Source: an uncultured delta proteobacterium (lineage in GTDB: Bacteria > Myxococcota_A > Polyangia > Polyangiales > Polyangiaceae). From it: 64,000 nt of DNA. Location: contig CAVOKF010000007.1 of NCBI GenBank assembly GCA_963696385.1, forward strand, positions 192,001-256,000. The letters run 5' to 3'. Below are positions 51,429 through 60,940 of the stretch, piece after piece (within the stretch, counting starts at the first letter, position 1; each line of letters starts with the position of its first letter). Made by a program: the position numbers and the translations under genes. The notes beneath the pieces were generated by a model, which made no database searches, was not told the DNA's origin, and saw only the letters and a list, made by a program, of their open reading frames with translations.

Positions 51429-52906
51429 GACTCACCCCGCTTTCGGTCGTAGGAACCGAGGTCGTGGGGCACCACGATGGCGTCGACGACGTGCGCGCCG
51501 AGCACGATATCCACCGGCATGGGCCGGTCGGTTCGCTGCCGCTCTTGCTCGCAGAGAAGGGCCAGCGCGCCGATGTCGTGCGTGCCGCGCTCGCCCATGA
51601 CGCGCACGGCGTAACCGAAGATCTCCAGCCCGTAGAGTGTGAAGAGCTTGCGCGCATGCCCGGTCATGAAGTTGATGTTTCGTCCCTGCTCGACCCAGCG
51701 TTCGTAAAGCACCGAGAGCTCGGGCACGGCGCCGAGCAGCTGGTCGCGTATCGTGATGGCCTCGGCTCGTGGCCGCCCCTCGCAGAGGGCGCGGCGATGC
51801 GCGGGGTCGTCGATGCGCTGACCGCGTCCCCACGAGCGTCGGTGGCGCGCCACCTCTTTCTCCCCATCGAGAAGCCGCACGTGATCGTCGTCCGCCACGA
51901 GCGTCAGCGTCGCGCTCGCGTACTTCGGCGGCGCCGAGTAGCGGTTGGTCCCGAGCCGTACGCTCGCCGTCTTGTCGACGGCGACAGGCAACACCAGGTC
52001 CGCCGTCGGCATCGGATTGGGCAGCGGCATCAGGCGCTCCTTCTCCTCGGCGAAGACCTCGCCCACGCTGCGGCTGGCGAGGGTTGGGTGGCGACGCGTC
52101 ATCACGACCGATTCGATGTGGCGCCGCAGGCCGAGGTTTCCTATCTCCAGACTCGGGATCGAACGGCCCGCGAAGAATCCTTCTTTGAGCTCGCGTATGG
52201 CTCTTTCGACTCCGCCCTTGTCTTCGGGCGTCCGCACGCGCGCGAGCACTGGTTTGACGCGAAGCTGTCCGGCGAGCTCGATGATCCCGGAGTGAAGCCG
52301 CGCGGCGCGACCATGGCGCTCGATCACGACGATCTTGGGGTTGTCGAAGAGAAGCTGCCGTGGCACGCCACCGAAGAAGCTCAGCGCGCGCAGGATCGAG
52401 CGCCGGAGCGATTCCGCCGTCATATCGAGCACCAACTCCGCGTACCGCATTCGCGAATACGCCAAAAGCATCACGAAGACCCAGAGCGCCCGCATCCCTC
52501 CCATGACGGAGAGCTGCCCCACGTGACCCCAGTCCACTTGCCCTTGCTCGCCCGGCAGGCGCTCGCAGACCAGGTACGCCTTGCTCGCCGCGCGCGGACG
52601 GATGCCTTTGACGAAGCGCTCGACGAGCTTTGCGCTGCCCCGAAACCCGCGCTCGGCGATCATCGTGCGCAGCCGCGTCGCGCGCAGCCGTGGATACCTC
52701 TCGATCTGCTCGAGGATGAAGCCCTTGTACGCGTCGAGCTTGCTCGGCCGAGGCTCGCGCGCGGGCTGTCCAGTGGCGTCCTGGGCGAGCACGCGCGTGA
52801 CGACGTCGTGGTGCACCCCCAGCTCGGCGGCCACCGTGCCTTCGGGCCACTTCTCGGCCTGCACGAGCCGAAGGATCTCGCTCTCGCACTCTTTGCTGAC
52901 TGTCAT
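51425..52906 (-). CDS. istA: IS21 transposase IstA
   Basis: HTH N-terminus, PSKLDAYK, DDE residues in QVDWG / FDNPK / KGGVE, TNRYSAP. Confidence 0.96.
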   Translation of the reverse strand: MTVSKECESEILRLVQAEKWPEGTVAAELGVHHDVVTRVLAQDATGQPAREPRPSKLDAYKGFILEQIERYPRLRATRLRTMIAERGFRGSAKLVERFVKGIRPRAASKAYLVCERLPGEQGQVDWGHVGQLSVMGGMRALWVFVMLLAYSRMRYAELVLDMTAESLRRSILRALSFFGGVPRQLLFDNPKIVVIERHGRAARLHSGIIELAGQLRVKPVLARVRTPEDKGGVERAIRELKEGFFAGRSIPSLEIGNLGLRRHIESVVMTRRHPTLASRSVGEVFAEEKERLMPLPNPMPTADLVLPVAVDKTASVRLGTNRYSAPPKYASATLTLVADDDHVRLLDGEKEVARHRRSWGRGQRIDDPAHRRALCEGRPRAEAITIRDQLLGAVPELSVLYERWVEQGRNINFMTGHARKLFTLYGLEIFGYAVRVMGERGTHDIGALALLCEQERQRTDRPMPVDIVLGAHVVDAIVVPHDLGSYDRKRGES

Positions 52907-53277
52907 GGCGACACCCCCTGCAAGCAGACCTGCCGCAGATCACCGAAGCAGCCCAATCCCCCCAGACGGCCCGCGCGACGGCGATGCGCCGGACCGCGCA
53001 GCATCACCTCCACGTCGAAATGCAGATTGCGCACGCCGAAGCCCAGCGCGTCCTCCAGCCGCAATGCAGACATAGATTCCTCGGTATCCGCACAGAGAAC
53101 AACGCAGAGCGGGCGCTGCTGCCAGAGCGCCAGCCCCTCGAGCAGCGTGGAGGCCGCCCGCGGATGCGCCGACGCCGATGGGCCCAACACCGCCCGCATC
53201 CGTTCCTCGCGCCCCTCCATCATCAGGATCCGCGTCGCCTCGCGCCGGGGATCCATCGTCACCGTCCATCGATTCAT
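52903..53277 (-). CDS. IS accessory ORF upstream of istA
   Basis: ATGA-coupled to istA; MNRWTVTMDP..TRILMMEG..HPRAASTLLEGLALW..PLCVVLCAD. Confidence 0.65.
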   Translation of the reverse strand: MNRWTVTMDPRREATRILMMEGREERMRAVLGPSASAHPRAASTLLEGLALWQQRPLCVVLCADTEESMSALRLEDALGFGVRNLHFDVEVMLRGPAHRRRAGRLGGLGCFGDLRQVCLQGVSP

Positions 53278-53702
53278 CGGTCCTGCTCCTGGCCGCCTCG
53301 GTCGCCGCCTCCGGGTTGGAGGCGAGCGCCGCGCCGCGCGAGCGCACAACACGCGAATCGGCACTCCCACCAGAAGGGGGATCCGTTACGACCTGCCCAT
53401 CCGTTCCCGGCGCGACCGGCGCCACCACGCCCCGCTGCCGAGCCTTGCGGCCTCGCCGGCCCGGATGTGCTTGGCGAAACCAGTGCTGCCGGTCGCGGTT
53501 GTTCTGCCGACCCTCCACCGTCGTCGCTTCCAACCGCCGCGCCGTGCGACAGAATCCGCGCGCGCCCTACCCCTTGGCACGCCTCGCTGCAGTAGCGGCG
53601 CTCGCCGAACCGATCGCACCTGGCGCACGCGTAGAACCCCTCGCCGCAGGCCCCACAGCACGCAAAACGAAGCGGCTGCTCGACTCCCTCATGCTCGTGC
53701 AC
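52940..53702 (-). CDS. IS accessory Zn-finger protein, probably frameshifted at about 53550
   Basis: N-terminal CGAC..CARCDR..RYCSEAC; a +1 shift continues RTARRLE..GRQNNRDRQ..VTDPPS..RCSLCG. Confidence 0.55.
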
Positions 53703-54009
53703 GCGTCCATTCCACGGACGCGTGATGCGCACGGGTTGACCCGGCGCTTGCTCTCAGGCACCGTCCGCGGCGTCCAGAGCCGCGTCCGCGTCTGGGCCGA
53801 AGGCTCGGGGTTGCCGCCCTGGGCCTTCACTCTTTTGTGCGTCCATTTCGTCGCGCCTTCTACGCCAGCACGCGCGCCGACACGAGCGGGGACCCTTCCC
53901 GCCGGCTCTCACGCAAGAGGATGGCCTTTGCGACCCGTCCTGAACGAATGCTCGGGCGTCCTACGCCCTGACGCGTCCCGGATCAGGCGGTTCTTCGCGT
54001 CGCTCTACA

Positions 54010-54473
54010 AGGGGAATCTCCAACGTCTCGGCAATCTCGCCGACAGGCACACCGTCGACGTAGTGCAGGACGAGCACGGCCCGACGCTCCAGATCCATCG
54101 CATCGAGCGCGGCACGCACGAGCTGGCCGCGCTCGGCTTCGACCATCCGCTCATCGACGGGCTGGGTCGGGTCTCGGGCTTCGACGTGCACGCCGTTCAG
54201 TTCGAGGCGGTGTCGCGCCAGGCGTCGGTAATCGGAGGCCAGGCGGTAGGCGAACCCGAAGAGCCAAGGACGGATTGGCCGCGTCGGGTCGTAGTCGGCA
54301 AGGCGCGCATGCACGCGGAGAAACACGTCGTGACAGAGGTCTTCGATCTCGGCTTCTCGCACGCCGAGTCGGCGCAACGTGCTCCATACGTAGCCGAACT
54401 GCTCGTCGAAGATGGCGCCCAAGTCGGGCCTTGCCGGCTGCGCGCTCGCGGACACTTCCACCATTGGGTCCAC
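54010..54473 (-). pseudogene. ECF sigma-70 factor, 5' part, interrupted by IS21
   Basis: FGYVWSTLRRLGV, EDLCHDVFL, RPWLFGFA, RAVLVLH, EIAETLEIPL then IS sequence. Confidence 0.93.
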
Positions 54474-54485
54474 GAGCGACTTCCT

Positions 54486-55496
54486 TCACAGGAAAAACGT
54501 CGAGAAGCCCACCCCGAAGTCGTACGTGAGGGGCCAAGTGGACCACACCGGCCTTGTCTGACCATCGAACAGGAAAAACTCTCGGTGGGTCAGATCGTAC
54601 AGCGCGTCCCCCCGTAGGTGGACGGTCACGGCGCGGCTGAGTGGCCATTCGAGCCCGATCCGGCCGCCTGAGGCCGCGAACAGCCGGTCCTGCGTGTGGG
54701 GCTGACGGCCTCCTTCACCCCAGACGACGAGGCTTCCGATCTCGCCGAGGGGGCACGCAAACGCCGGCCCGAGATGGGCGCACGCGACGACCGCGCCGGC
54801 GAAAACCGAAGATTGGACAATCGCGTCCGCACTCCCTTGGGTGGAGCGCGTCGAGAGATCGCCCATCGCTTCGACCTGGATCGACCCGAACCCGCGGCGC
54901 GTCCCCGCGAACAACGCGATCCCCGGTGCCCAGGTCGGGGCCGTCCCGCCCGCCACGAGGGCGTCGGCGCCGATCCTCCAGAGGGGGGCGACCTGCGGTG
55001 GCGCACGAGACGTGTCGGCGTGGAGTGGGGCCTGGGCGGGCGCAGCAGGTGCTTGGGGCTGCGGAGCGAACGCGGGCACGTCGGAGCTTGGCGCCGGCGC
55101 TGGCGCAACCGGCGGAGATGCCACGGGGTCGGCGGCGTCGAGCGCGATGCTAATGGCGAGAGCCGTTGCATCGAACAGGCTCGCGCACCCGTCGCGGTCG
55201 GACGTGATCTGGCGCGTCCCGCGGTCGATGCCTTGTTCGTCGACGAGCTGCACGCGCGCGTTCAACCGCCCGTGTTCCCTCCAGACCTGGACGACCACCG
55301 CGCCCTTCGCCCACGGGAAGAACGGATCGTAGCCGAACCGGGTCGCCACGGCCGCGCGAAGGGAGGCCTCGTCGGGACACGCCATGGCATCGGCGGACCG
55401 CGTGTACACGAGCCGCGTCGAAGGGCTCGCGCGGGCGCTCGCGGCAACCGCCAGAGTCACCATCACGACCGCCGCGCCGATCCGCATCGCAAACAT
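54486..55496 (-). CDS. Exported protein with C-terminal beta-barrel-like region, first gene of the ECF cassette
   Basis: Signal peptide, CPDEASLRAAVATRFGYDPF, Pro linker, beta strands ending STFFL. Confidence 0.75.
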   Translation of the reverse strand: MFAMRIGAAVVMVTLAVAASARASPSTRLVYTRSADAMACPDEASLRAAVATRFGYDPFFPWAKGAVVVQVWREHGRLNARVQLVDEQGIDRGTRQITSDRDGCASLFDATALAISIALDAADPVASPPVAPAPAPSSDVPAFAPQPQAPAAPAQAPLHADTSRAPPQVAPLWRIGADALVAGGTAPTWAPGIALFAGTRRGFGSIQVEAMGDLSTRSTQGSADAIVQSSVFAGAVVACAHLGPAFACPLGEIGSLVVWGEGGRQPHTQDRLFAASGGRIGLEWPLSRAVTVHLRGDALYDLTHREFFLFDGQTRPVWSTWPLTYDFGVGFSTFFL

Positions 55497-55829
55497 CCTA
55501 AACCAAGCATCCCGCAGGTGAGCGGCCTGTCGTCGGACCACGCCGTCGTACGAAGCCCATCCCAGGCTACGAGTCCGCCGTGAAGGCGGTGGGCGGGAGT
55601 CTTTCTGGCGCCACGGCGCGAACGTGGCAAACCCAAGTCGTCCCGCGCAACGGCGTGGCGAGCCGGCTGGGCGTGCTCGACGTAGGCGCTAGGCGGCCGA
55701 TGGTGGGGCAGGACTCGTCCGAAAGGACGTGGCTCTGGTGCCGGTCTGGGCGTTCCTCGTCCGATTCTCGGGTGCACGGCGGCCTTCCGGAGGTACGCTC
55801 GAATAGGAACCGAGGAGCTAGGAAGTCCG

Positions 55830-56476
55830 ATGCCGACGTGGCGACGTGCCCCTATCGAATCGATCGGGATCGGGCTCGTGGTCGCCGCCGCGCTCTTGCC
55901 GGATCGCGCCGCTTCCGCTCAGACGCCTGCCTCGGTCGGCTCGCAGACGACAACGCCGCCGGCGGCGCCCTCCGGTGACGACCTGGGTTACGTCCCCCCC
56001 TTTTCCGGATCCGTGCTGGCTGCGCCGATGCGCTTGACACTCGAGGGCAGCATCTCTCCCAGGGCGGGCGGGTTCCCCCAGTGCGCCTCCCTCGAGGATG
56101 ACGTCGGCAACTCCGTGGGAGGCATTCCCGTTCAGCACTACACCGATTGGCGGCTCACCCCTCACCTCGTCTTGAGCGTGTTCACCCAGCTCGGTTGCCC
56201 CATCGACGCCGGCATGGGCGCGGTGGTCACGTACACCGTTCCTATTCGGCCGTCGGTGGCATGGGTCTTCGCAGCCGGCGCCTACGCGGCCCCCGCGCAG
56301 TTTCCATTGTACGGCGGGATGCAGCCGGCGCTCTCGCTGGCGTTGAAGGGCGCGAGCGCGCGGTCTCGACTCGAACGGATATCGTTTGGAAGGCTGCGGA
56401 CGGACACCCGTACAACGTGGGCGTGCAGGTTCTGGGGCAGAGCAGGCAGCAGATCACGTTCGGAGCCGGCTTCTGA
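55830..56476 (+). CDS. Exported hypothetical protein, frameshifted at about 56345-56365
   Basis: Signal peptide; the alternative frame finishes TRTDIVWK..NVGVQVLG..ITFGAGF*, an OMP-like terminal Phe. Confidence 0.55.
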
Positions 56477-56597
56477 AATCCCCCAGGGGCCCGTCACCTC
56501 GCGAACACGCGGAGCCCCGGGAAAGAACGTAGCAAGCTTCCGGCAGTCGTCGACCTTCATCGCGATCGGCAGGAGCGTATATATACTCACCGTCGCC

Positions 56598-56963
56598 GTG
56601 GACCCTTCTCGGAACGACAGCTTCGCCCGCGGAGCGCTTCTCTTCGACTCAGGCGCGTTCTTCGAGGCCCACGAGGCGTGGGAGACGGACTGGCTCGTCG
56701 AGACAGACCCGACGCAACGGCGGTTTCTTCAAGGACTCATCCAAGTTGCCGCAGGCTTCCACAAGCTTCTGGCAAGGGGATCCGTCGACTCCGCCTCTCG
56801 CCTGCTCGCCAAGGGCATCGCCAAGCTCGACGCGTGTCCGCCACATGTTGGTTGCACGGATGTCGCAACGTTCCGCGACGGGGTTCGCGCCTGGGCTCAC
56901 GAGCTCGCCGCCGGTCGCTTCGATCACGCGGCCATCCCGAAGGTAGGCACGAGCACGCTGTAG
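56598..56963 (+). CDS. DUF309 domain protein
   Basis: GALLFDSGAFFEAHEAWE, FLQGLIQVAAG. Confidence 0.85.
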   Translation: MDPSRNDSFARGALLFDSGAFFEAHEAWETDWLVETDPTQRRFLQGLIQVAAGFHKLLARGSVDSASRLLAKGIAKLDACPPHVGCTDVATFRDGVRAWAHELAAGRFDHAAIPKVGTSTL

Positions 56964-57121
56964 GCTCCGTGGCCGAACGCATCGCACGCACCGTGAGGAG
57001 TCCGCAAGCGTGATCGGAAACGGTCATGACGTAAAGGTCGCGGAAAAGCGGGCCGCACCCACAGTTCGTGATCATGGATGATCTTGCCATTCGTCGCAGC
57101 ACGGTCGACGTTGCGGCCACC

Positions 57122-57724
57122 ATGGAGGACAAAGCGCCTCTGGTTCTCATCGTTGAGAGCGACGCCGGCCTGCGCTCGGACTACTGCAGATGGCTCGCCG
57201 AGGAAGGCTACCGAGTCTTGGTGGCGGCGAACGGCCTGGAGGCGCTGGAACTCACGCGGATGCATCAGCCGCTGCTCGTGCTGATGAACCTGGACCTTCC
57301 GGGCCTGGACGGCTGGGAGGCGACTCGCGTACTTCGCCGCGATCCCTGGCTGCGCGCGATCCACGTTGTCGCTCTGACCGGCAGCGCTGCAAAGACGAGG
57401 GAATGCGACGGGCGATCGGCGGGGTGCGACGCCGCGCTTCGAAGCCCGATTCAACGACAGGCCCTGATCGAACTGGTCGGACGGTTTGCCATCGCGCGAA
57501 CATCACGTCCATGCGCCGACGACGATGACCACGATCCCAAGGGTGGCCACATTCCAGACCAGCGACCGGACGACCGGAACGCCCAGTGCGTAGAGCGGGA
57601 CGTACGCGAGCCGGGCCCAAACATACATCCGACGTCCGATCACCGTGGCGCCCTCGTCGTGGCCCCTGAGACTCGCCACCAGCACGGCCGCGAGGATCCT
57701 TCGGCGCGTCCGTCTCGCGGATAG
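57122..57724 (+). CDS. Atypical single-domain response regulator (pseudo-receiver); 3' end uncertain
   Basis: VLIVESD, GYRV, ANGLEAL, VLMNLDLPGLDG, VALT, AGCDAALRSP. Confidence 0.75.
   Translation: MEDKAPLVLIVESDAGLRSDYCRWLAEEGYRVLVAANGLEALELTRMHQPLLVLMNLDLPGLDGWEATRVLRRDPWLRAIHVVALTGSAAKTRECDGRSAGCDAALRSPIQRQALIELVGRFAIARTSRPCADDDDHDPKGGHIPDQRPDDRNAQCVERDVREPGPNIHPTSDHRGALVVAPETRHQHGREDPSARPSRG
57503..57700 (-). pseudogene. C-terminal half of a MAPEG-family membrane protein
   Basis: LAAVLV...YVWARLAYVPLYALGVPVVRSLVW; upstream sequence is not MAPEG-like. Confidence 0.7.
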
Positions 57725-57995
57725 GGAGCCGAGCATTGGCGCCGCGAGAACGGCCGGGATGCGGCTGTTTCGTTCGGCGGTGGCTCGCTCTCTCGTGGAG
57801 GCGCGCGCCTGTCGTGACGCGTTCGAGGCCGACGTGCTGGCGGGCGCGTTTTTCGTCGCTCTCGAGACGGCCATCGAGCACTGGGCCGCAACCGATGCCG
57901 CTCTTCCACTGCGCCACTTCATTCAGCGTGCACTTCGCGACTTGGCGCTGTTCGGAAGGCAGGCGCGCAGGCCCAAACCAAGCAACGGGCGATAG
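57693..57995 (+). pseudogene. C-terminal half of a TetR-family regulator (no HTH)
   Basis: RVRLADREPSI...EADVLAGAFFVALETAIEHWAA...LRHFIQRAL. Confidence 0.55.
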
Positions 57996-58053
57996 AGCAA
58001 GGGATGCGCGGTCGGTTTCGGTGCTCGAAATCGTCGGCTCGATGCGTGGCCAA

Positions 58054-58863
58054 CTACGGTGTGCATAGCCCTACGTTGCAGGCGTCGCCCGGCGGACACA
58101 CCTCGCCGCAGGTTCCGCAGTTGTTCGGGTCGGTCAGCTCATCGACGCAAGCTCCGCTGCACGCCGTGTCACCCTTCGGGCAGGCGCAAGCGCCGTTCGT
58201 GCAGGTAGCTCCATCGGGGCACGGGTTGCCGCAGGCGCCGCAGTTGTCGGGGTCGCTCGTGAGATCCGTGCAGGCTTGACCCAGGCACGTCGTGCAAACG
58301 GTCTGCCCCGCCGGACAGTCGCACACGCCGTTCACGCAATTCGCGCCAGCCGCGCACGTCGCCCCGCAAGCGCCGCAATTTTCCGGATCGACAGAGCTAT
58401 TGACGCATTGTTGAGGCGAGCCACAAGCGATCTGCGTACGCTCTGGCCCGCACGGAACACACAGACCGCCCTTGCAGACCAAGGCGGCGGAACACGTGGC
58501 TCCGCACATGCCGCAATTATCGGGATCGATCATCGTGTCTGTGCAGCCAAAGCCGCAATCGGTGTTCCCGATCGGGCATTCGCAAACGCCAGCCGTGCAT
58601 GCATCATCGGGTGCGCAAGCGTTGCCGCAGACTCCGCAGTTACTCGGGTCGGTCAAGAGACTCGTGCAGAGGCCGGAGCATAGCGTCTCCACGGTCGCGC
58701 ACTCGGTCCGTGGCATGGGCATCGATGCCGCTTCGGTGCTCGCCGGCAGATTGGCGTCAACCACTTGCGCAGGCGCTGGCCCCCCATCGTCGACGAGCGG
58801 AGCAATGTGTCCGCCACACGCGACGGCGAATGGGATGAACAAAAGTGCGACGAAGCTCCGCAT
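58054..58863 (-). CDS. Cys-rich repeat lipoprotein (MXAN_6577/Stigma1-like)
   Basis: Lipobox AVAC; five DPxNCGxCGxxC repeats. Confidence 0.88.
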   Translation of the reverse strand: MRSFVALLFIPFAVACGGHIAPLVDDGGPAPAQVVDANLPASTEAASMPMPRTECATVETLCSGLCTSLLTDPSNCGVCGNACAPDDACTAGVCECPIGNTDCGFGCTDTMIDPDNCGMCGATCSAALVCKGGLCVPCGPERTQIACGSPQQCVNSSVDPENCGACGATCAAGANCVNGVCDCPAGQTVCTTCLGQACTDLTSDPDNCGACGNPCPDGATCTNGACACPKGDTACSGACVDELTDPNNCGTCGEVCPPGDACNVGLCTP

Positions 58864-59201
58864 GGCCGCCTCCGTCATTGCGTCGGACAGCATCCCACCG
58901 TAACGCTGGAGCTCGAAGAGGCGCGGTTCATCGTTATGGCATCGACGGGATTCTTTCGTTCCACCCGGTTCGGCCGTCGTCTCCAAAAGCAGGCTCCGAT
59001 AATCGCTCCGGGAAGCGGTTTTGCAAGGTCCTCGGATGGGCGGGTTACCGGTGTCGACCTCGTTGCCGATAACGCAACGCGTCGGCAATTCTCGCGTACC
59101 CGTCAAGGCACAGCTCCTTCGGGCGGCGGTTCGAGGCTATTCCCACCCCTCGGTGATGCGCACCTCGAAGGGCGCCCCAGCATTGCGCGCTCCGCAAGGA
59201 C

Positions 59202-60596
59202 TCAGCGCGGGCTCCGATCCGAGAGGAGCTTCGGCAAGTTCATCGCCGCCGGCGGGGCAAAGCGCTTCATGCGCTCGCGGGAGGCGGTCACGCGCGGATC
59301 GTTTCGGTGGGCAGCGATCCCGCTCGTGGGTTGGAGGCGGCTCGCCTTGTTCCATGTCGCGAGGGGTGGATGGGCGGCGATCCTGCTCGTGACGCCCATC
59401 GTGGCGAGAAACGCGGTCAGATAGTCCTCGTTCTTGTCCCAGTACGAGATGGAGGGGCACAGGTCGTTCTTCGCCTCGTCGCTCTCGACCGTGGCCTCGA
59501 CCATGCCGAGCATCGCGAACTGGTAGCACGCGAACCCCCATATGAAGGGCTGGATTGTGACGCGTCCGGGATCGAAGATGGGGCGGCGCGGGGGGCTCGG
59601 AAGCCCTCGCGCCGCGCAGTGGACGTGGACCGTCCGTTCGTCGGTCGGCACCCGCCCTCGGTCGAGCACGATCTCGTCACGCTCGATTCGGCGCACGTGA
59701 CCCATGCGGACCACGCCGTCGATCCGGCGGAGAAGCCCGATCTCGGCCTCGCTCACGATGGCGCCGCGAAGCATGGTCGGCGCCACCTCGGGGTCGATCC
59801 GGAGAAACACGCTCTCCGATTCCAGCCGGGCGAAGAGCTCATCCACCGACCTGGCCTGAGCCATCGCCTCGATCTGGATCGCGGTGCCGCGCAGGAGATC
59901 CGGCAGGAGCGTGTGCGGCTGTTGGAACCGGCGATTGAGCCACCAACCTTCGCGCGGTCTGACCCACCGAATGGCCGTAGCCGGAACGCCACGCTCGAGA
60001 AGCCAGACGCAAGCGTCAAGCGCGGTCTTGCCCGCTCCGATGATCACGAAGCGCTCGGGCGGCTGTTCGAGGCGAGTGAGCTCGCTCGGCGTCATGCAGC
60101 GAACGCCGTCAGCCACCTCGAATGGCGGAGGGGTCGTCGCCGGGATCGTTCCCTCGCCGTACGTCGTGTCGACTAGCTTGCGGCGCACGTGCACCTGACA
60201 CGACGCGCCGGTGAGCCTGGAGACGAAGCGGTGCTCCCCAACGTAATCGCTACACGGGAAGTACCGGACCCGCCCGGTGGGCAGGAAGTGCCGGTGCATG
60301 ACGTGCTCGTAATAGCCACGCAGCTCGTCCGGGCCCGCCAGCTCGTAGAAGCCCGCGTTGGTCCCGGTTGTGTCGATGGCATCATGCCCGAGCGGCACGG
60401 AGTCGACTCCGTAGAGCGCGGATGGCTGATGGAGTCGAACGAACGGATAGGCGTCGACCCAATGGCCTCCGGGCGCATGCCGGCGGTCGACCACTGCGAC
60501 GGTCGCGTTCGAGTGCGCGAGAAGCGCGTCGGTGAACGCCATCCCCGCAGCCCCGGCGCCCACGACGAGGTAATCGGTCTCAAGCTCCGCGTGCAC
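59202..60596 (-). CDS. FAD/NAD(P)-binding oxidoreductase
   Basis: DYLVVGAGAAG, PGGHWVDAYPFVRLHQPS, IIGAGKTALD. Confidence 0.88.
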   Translation of the reverse strand: MHAELETDYLVVGAGAAGMAFTDALLAHSNATVAVVDRRHAPGGHWVDAYPFVRLHQPSALYGVDSVPLGHDAIDTTGTNAGFYELAGPDELRGYYEHVMHRHFLPTGRVRYFPCSDYVGEHRFVSRLTGASCQVHVRRKLVDTTYGEGTIPATTPPPFEVADGVRCMTPSELTRLEQPPERFVIIGAGKTALDACVWLLERGVPATAIRWVRPREGWWLNRRFQQPHTLLPDLLRGTAIQIEAMAQARSVDELFARLESESVFLRIDPEVAPTMLRGAIVSEAEIGLLRRIDGVVRMGHVRRIERDEIVLDRGRVPTDERTVHVHCAARGLPSPPRRPIFDPGRVTIQPFIWGFACYQFAMLGMVEATVESDEAKNDLCPSISYWDKNEDYLTAFLATMGVTSRIAAHPPLATWNKASRLQPTSGIAAHRNDPRVTASRERMKRFAPPAAMNLPKLLSDRSPR

Positions 60597-60697
60597 CGGG
60601 AAAGCCTACCTTCCCGTCGCTAGGCGCACGGCGGACGCTGTCGCACGCTCAGCATTTCGATTGCGGGCATCGGGTCACTCGGACGCTATACTGAAGC

Positions 60698-60940
60698 ATG
60701 GCTCGCACGGCTTCCGACATTAGAGCGGATCGGCGAAGGGCGACCTGGAGCGGCGCCAAAGCCGGTTCCTTTGCGGAACTGAACGAGAAGGGGTTGGATT
60801 TCTGGGCCAACGCAGAGCCGTCCACCAAGCTGCAGGCCATGTGGGATGCCATCGTCGAAGCCTGGATCATCAGTGGGAAGAATGGACCTCCACCCCGATT
60901 TCAAGGATCTGCTTTCGGCGTTAGCCGACACGAACGCTGA
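60698..60940 (+). CDS. Small hypothetical protein paired with the nucleotidyltransferase
   Basis: 80 aa, LDFWA..PSTKLQAMW..PPRFQ; overlaps the next gene. Confidence 0.7.
   Translation: MARTASDIRADRRRATWSGAKAGSFAELNEKGLDFWANAEPSTKLQAMWDAIVEAWIISGKNGPPPRFQGSAFGVSRHER

Larger units (their letters stand above)
50245..54009 (-). mobile_element. Complete IS21-family insertion sequence (3765 bp) with three accessory ORFs
   Basis: TG...CA ends; imperfect terminal IRs TGTAGACGGACGCGTAAATCCGC versus TGTAGAGCGACGCGAAGAACCGC (reverse complement of right end); 6-bp TSD; istA and istB. Confidence 0.95.

Noticed and set aside
55830..56963. Exported protein fused to DUF309
   Set aside because: Frameshift read-through; the first gene ends naturally at 56476 and DUF309 has its own GTG start at 56598
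58054..58700. Periodic repeats that might be a CRISPR array or other DNA repeat
   Set aside because: Degenerate coding repeats of Cys-rich protein units; no identical repeats with unique spacers were seen anywhere in the window
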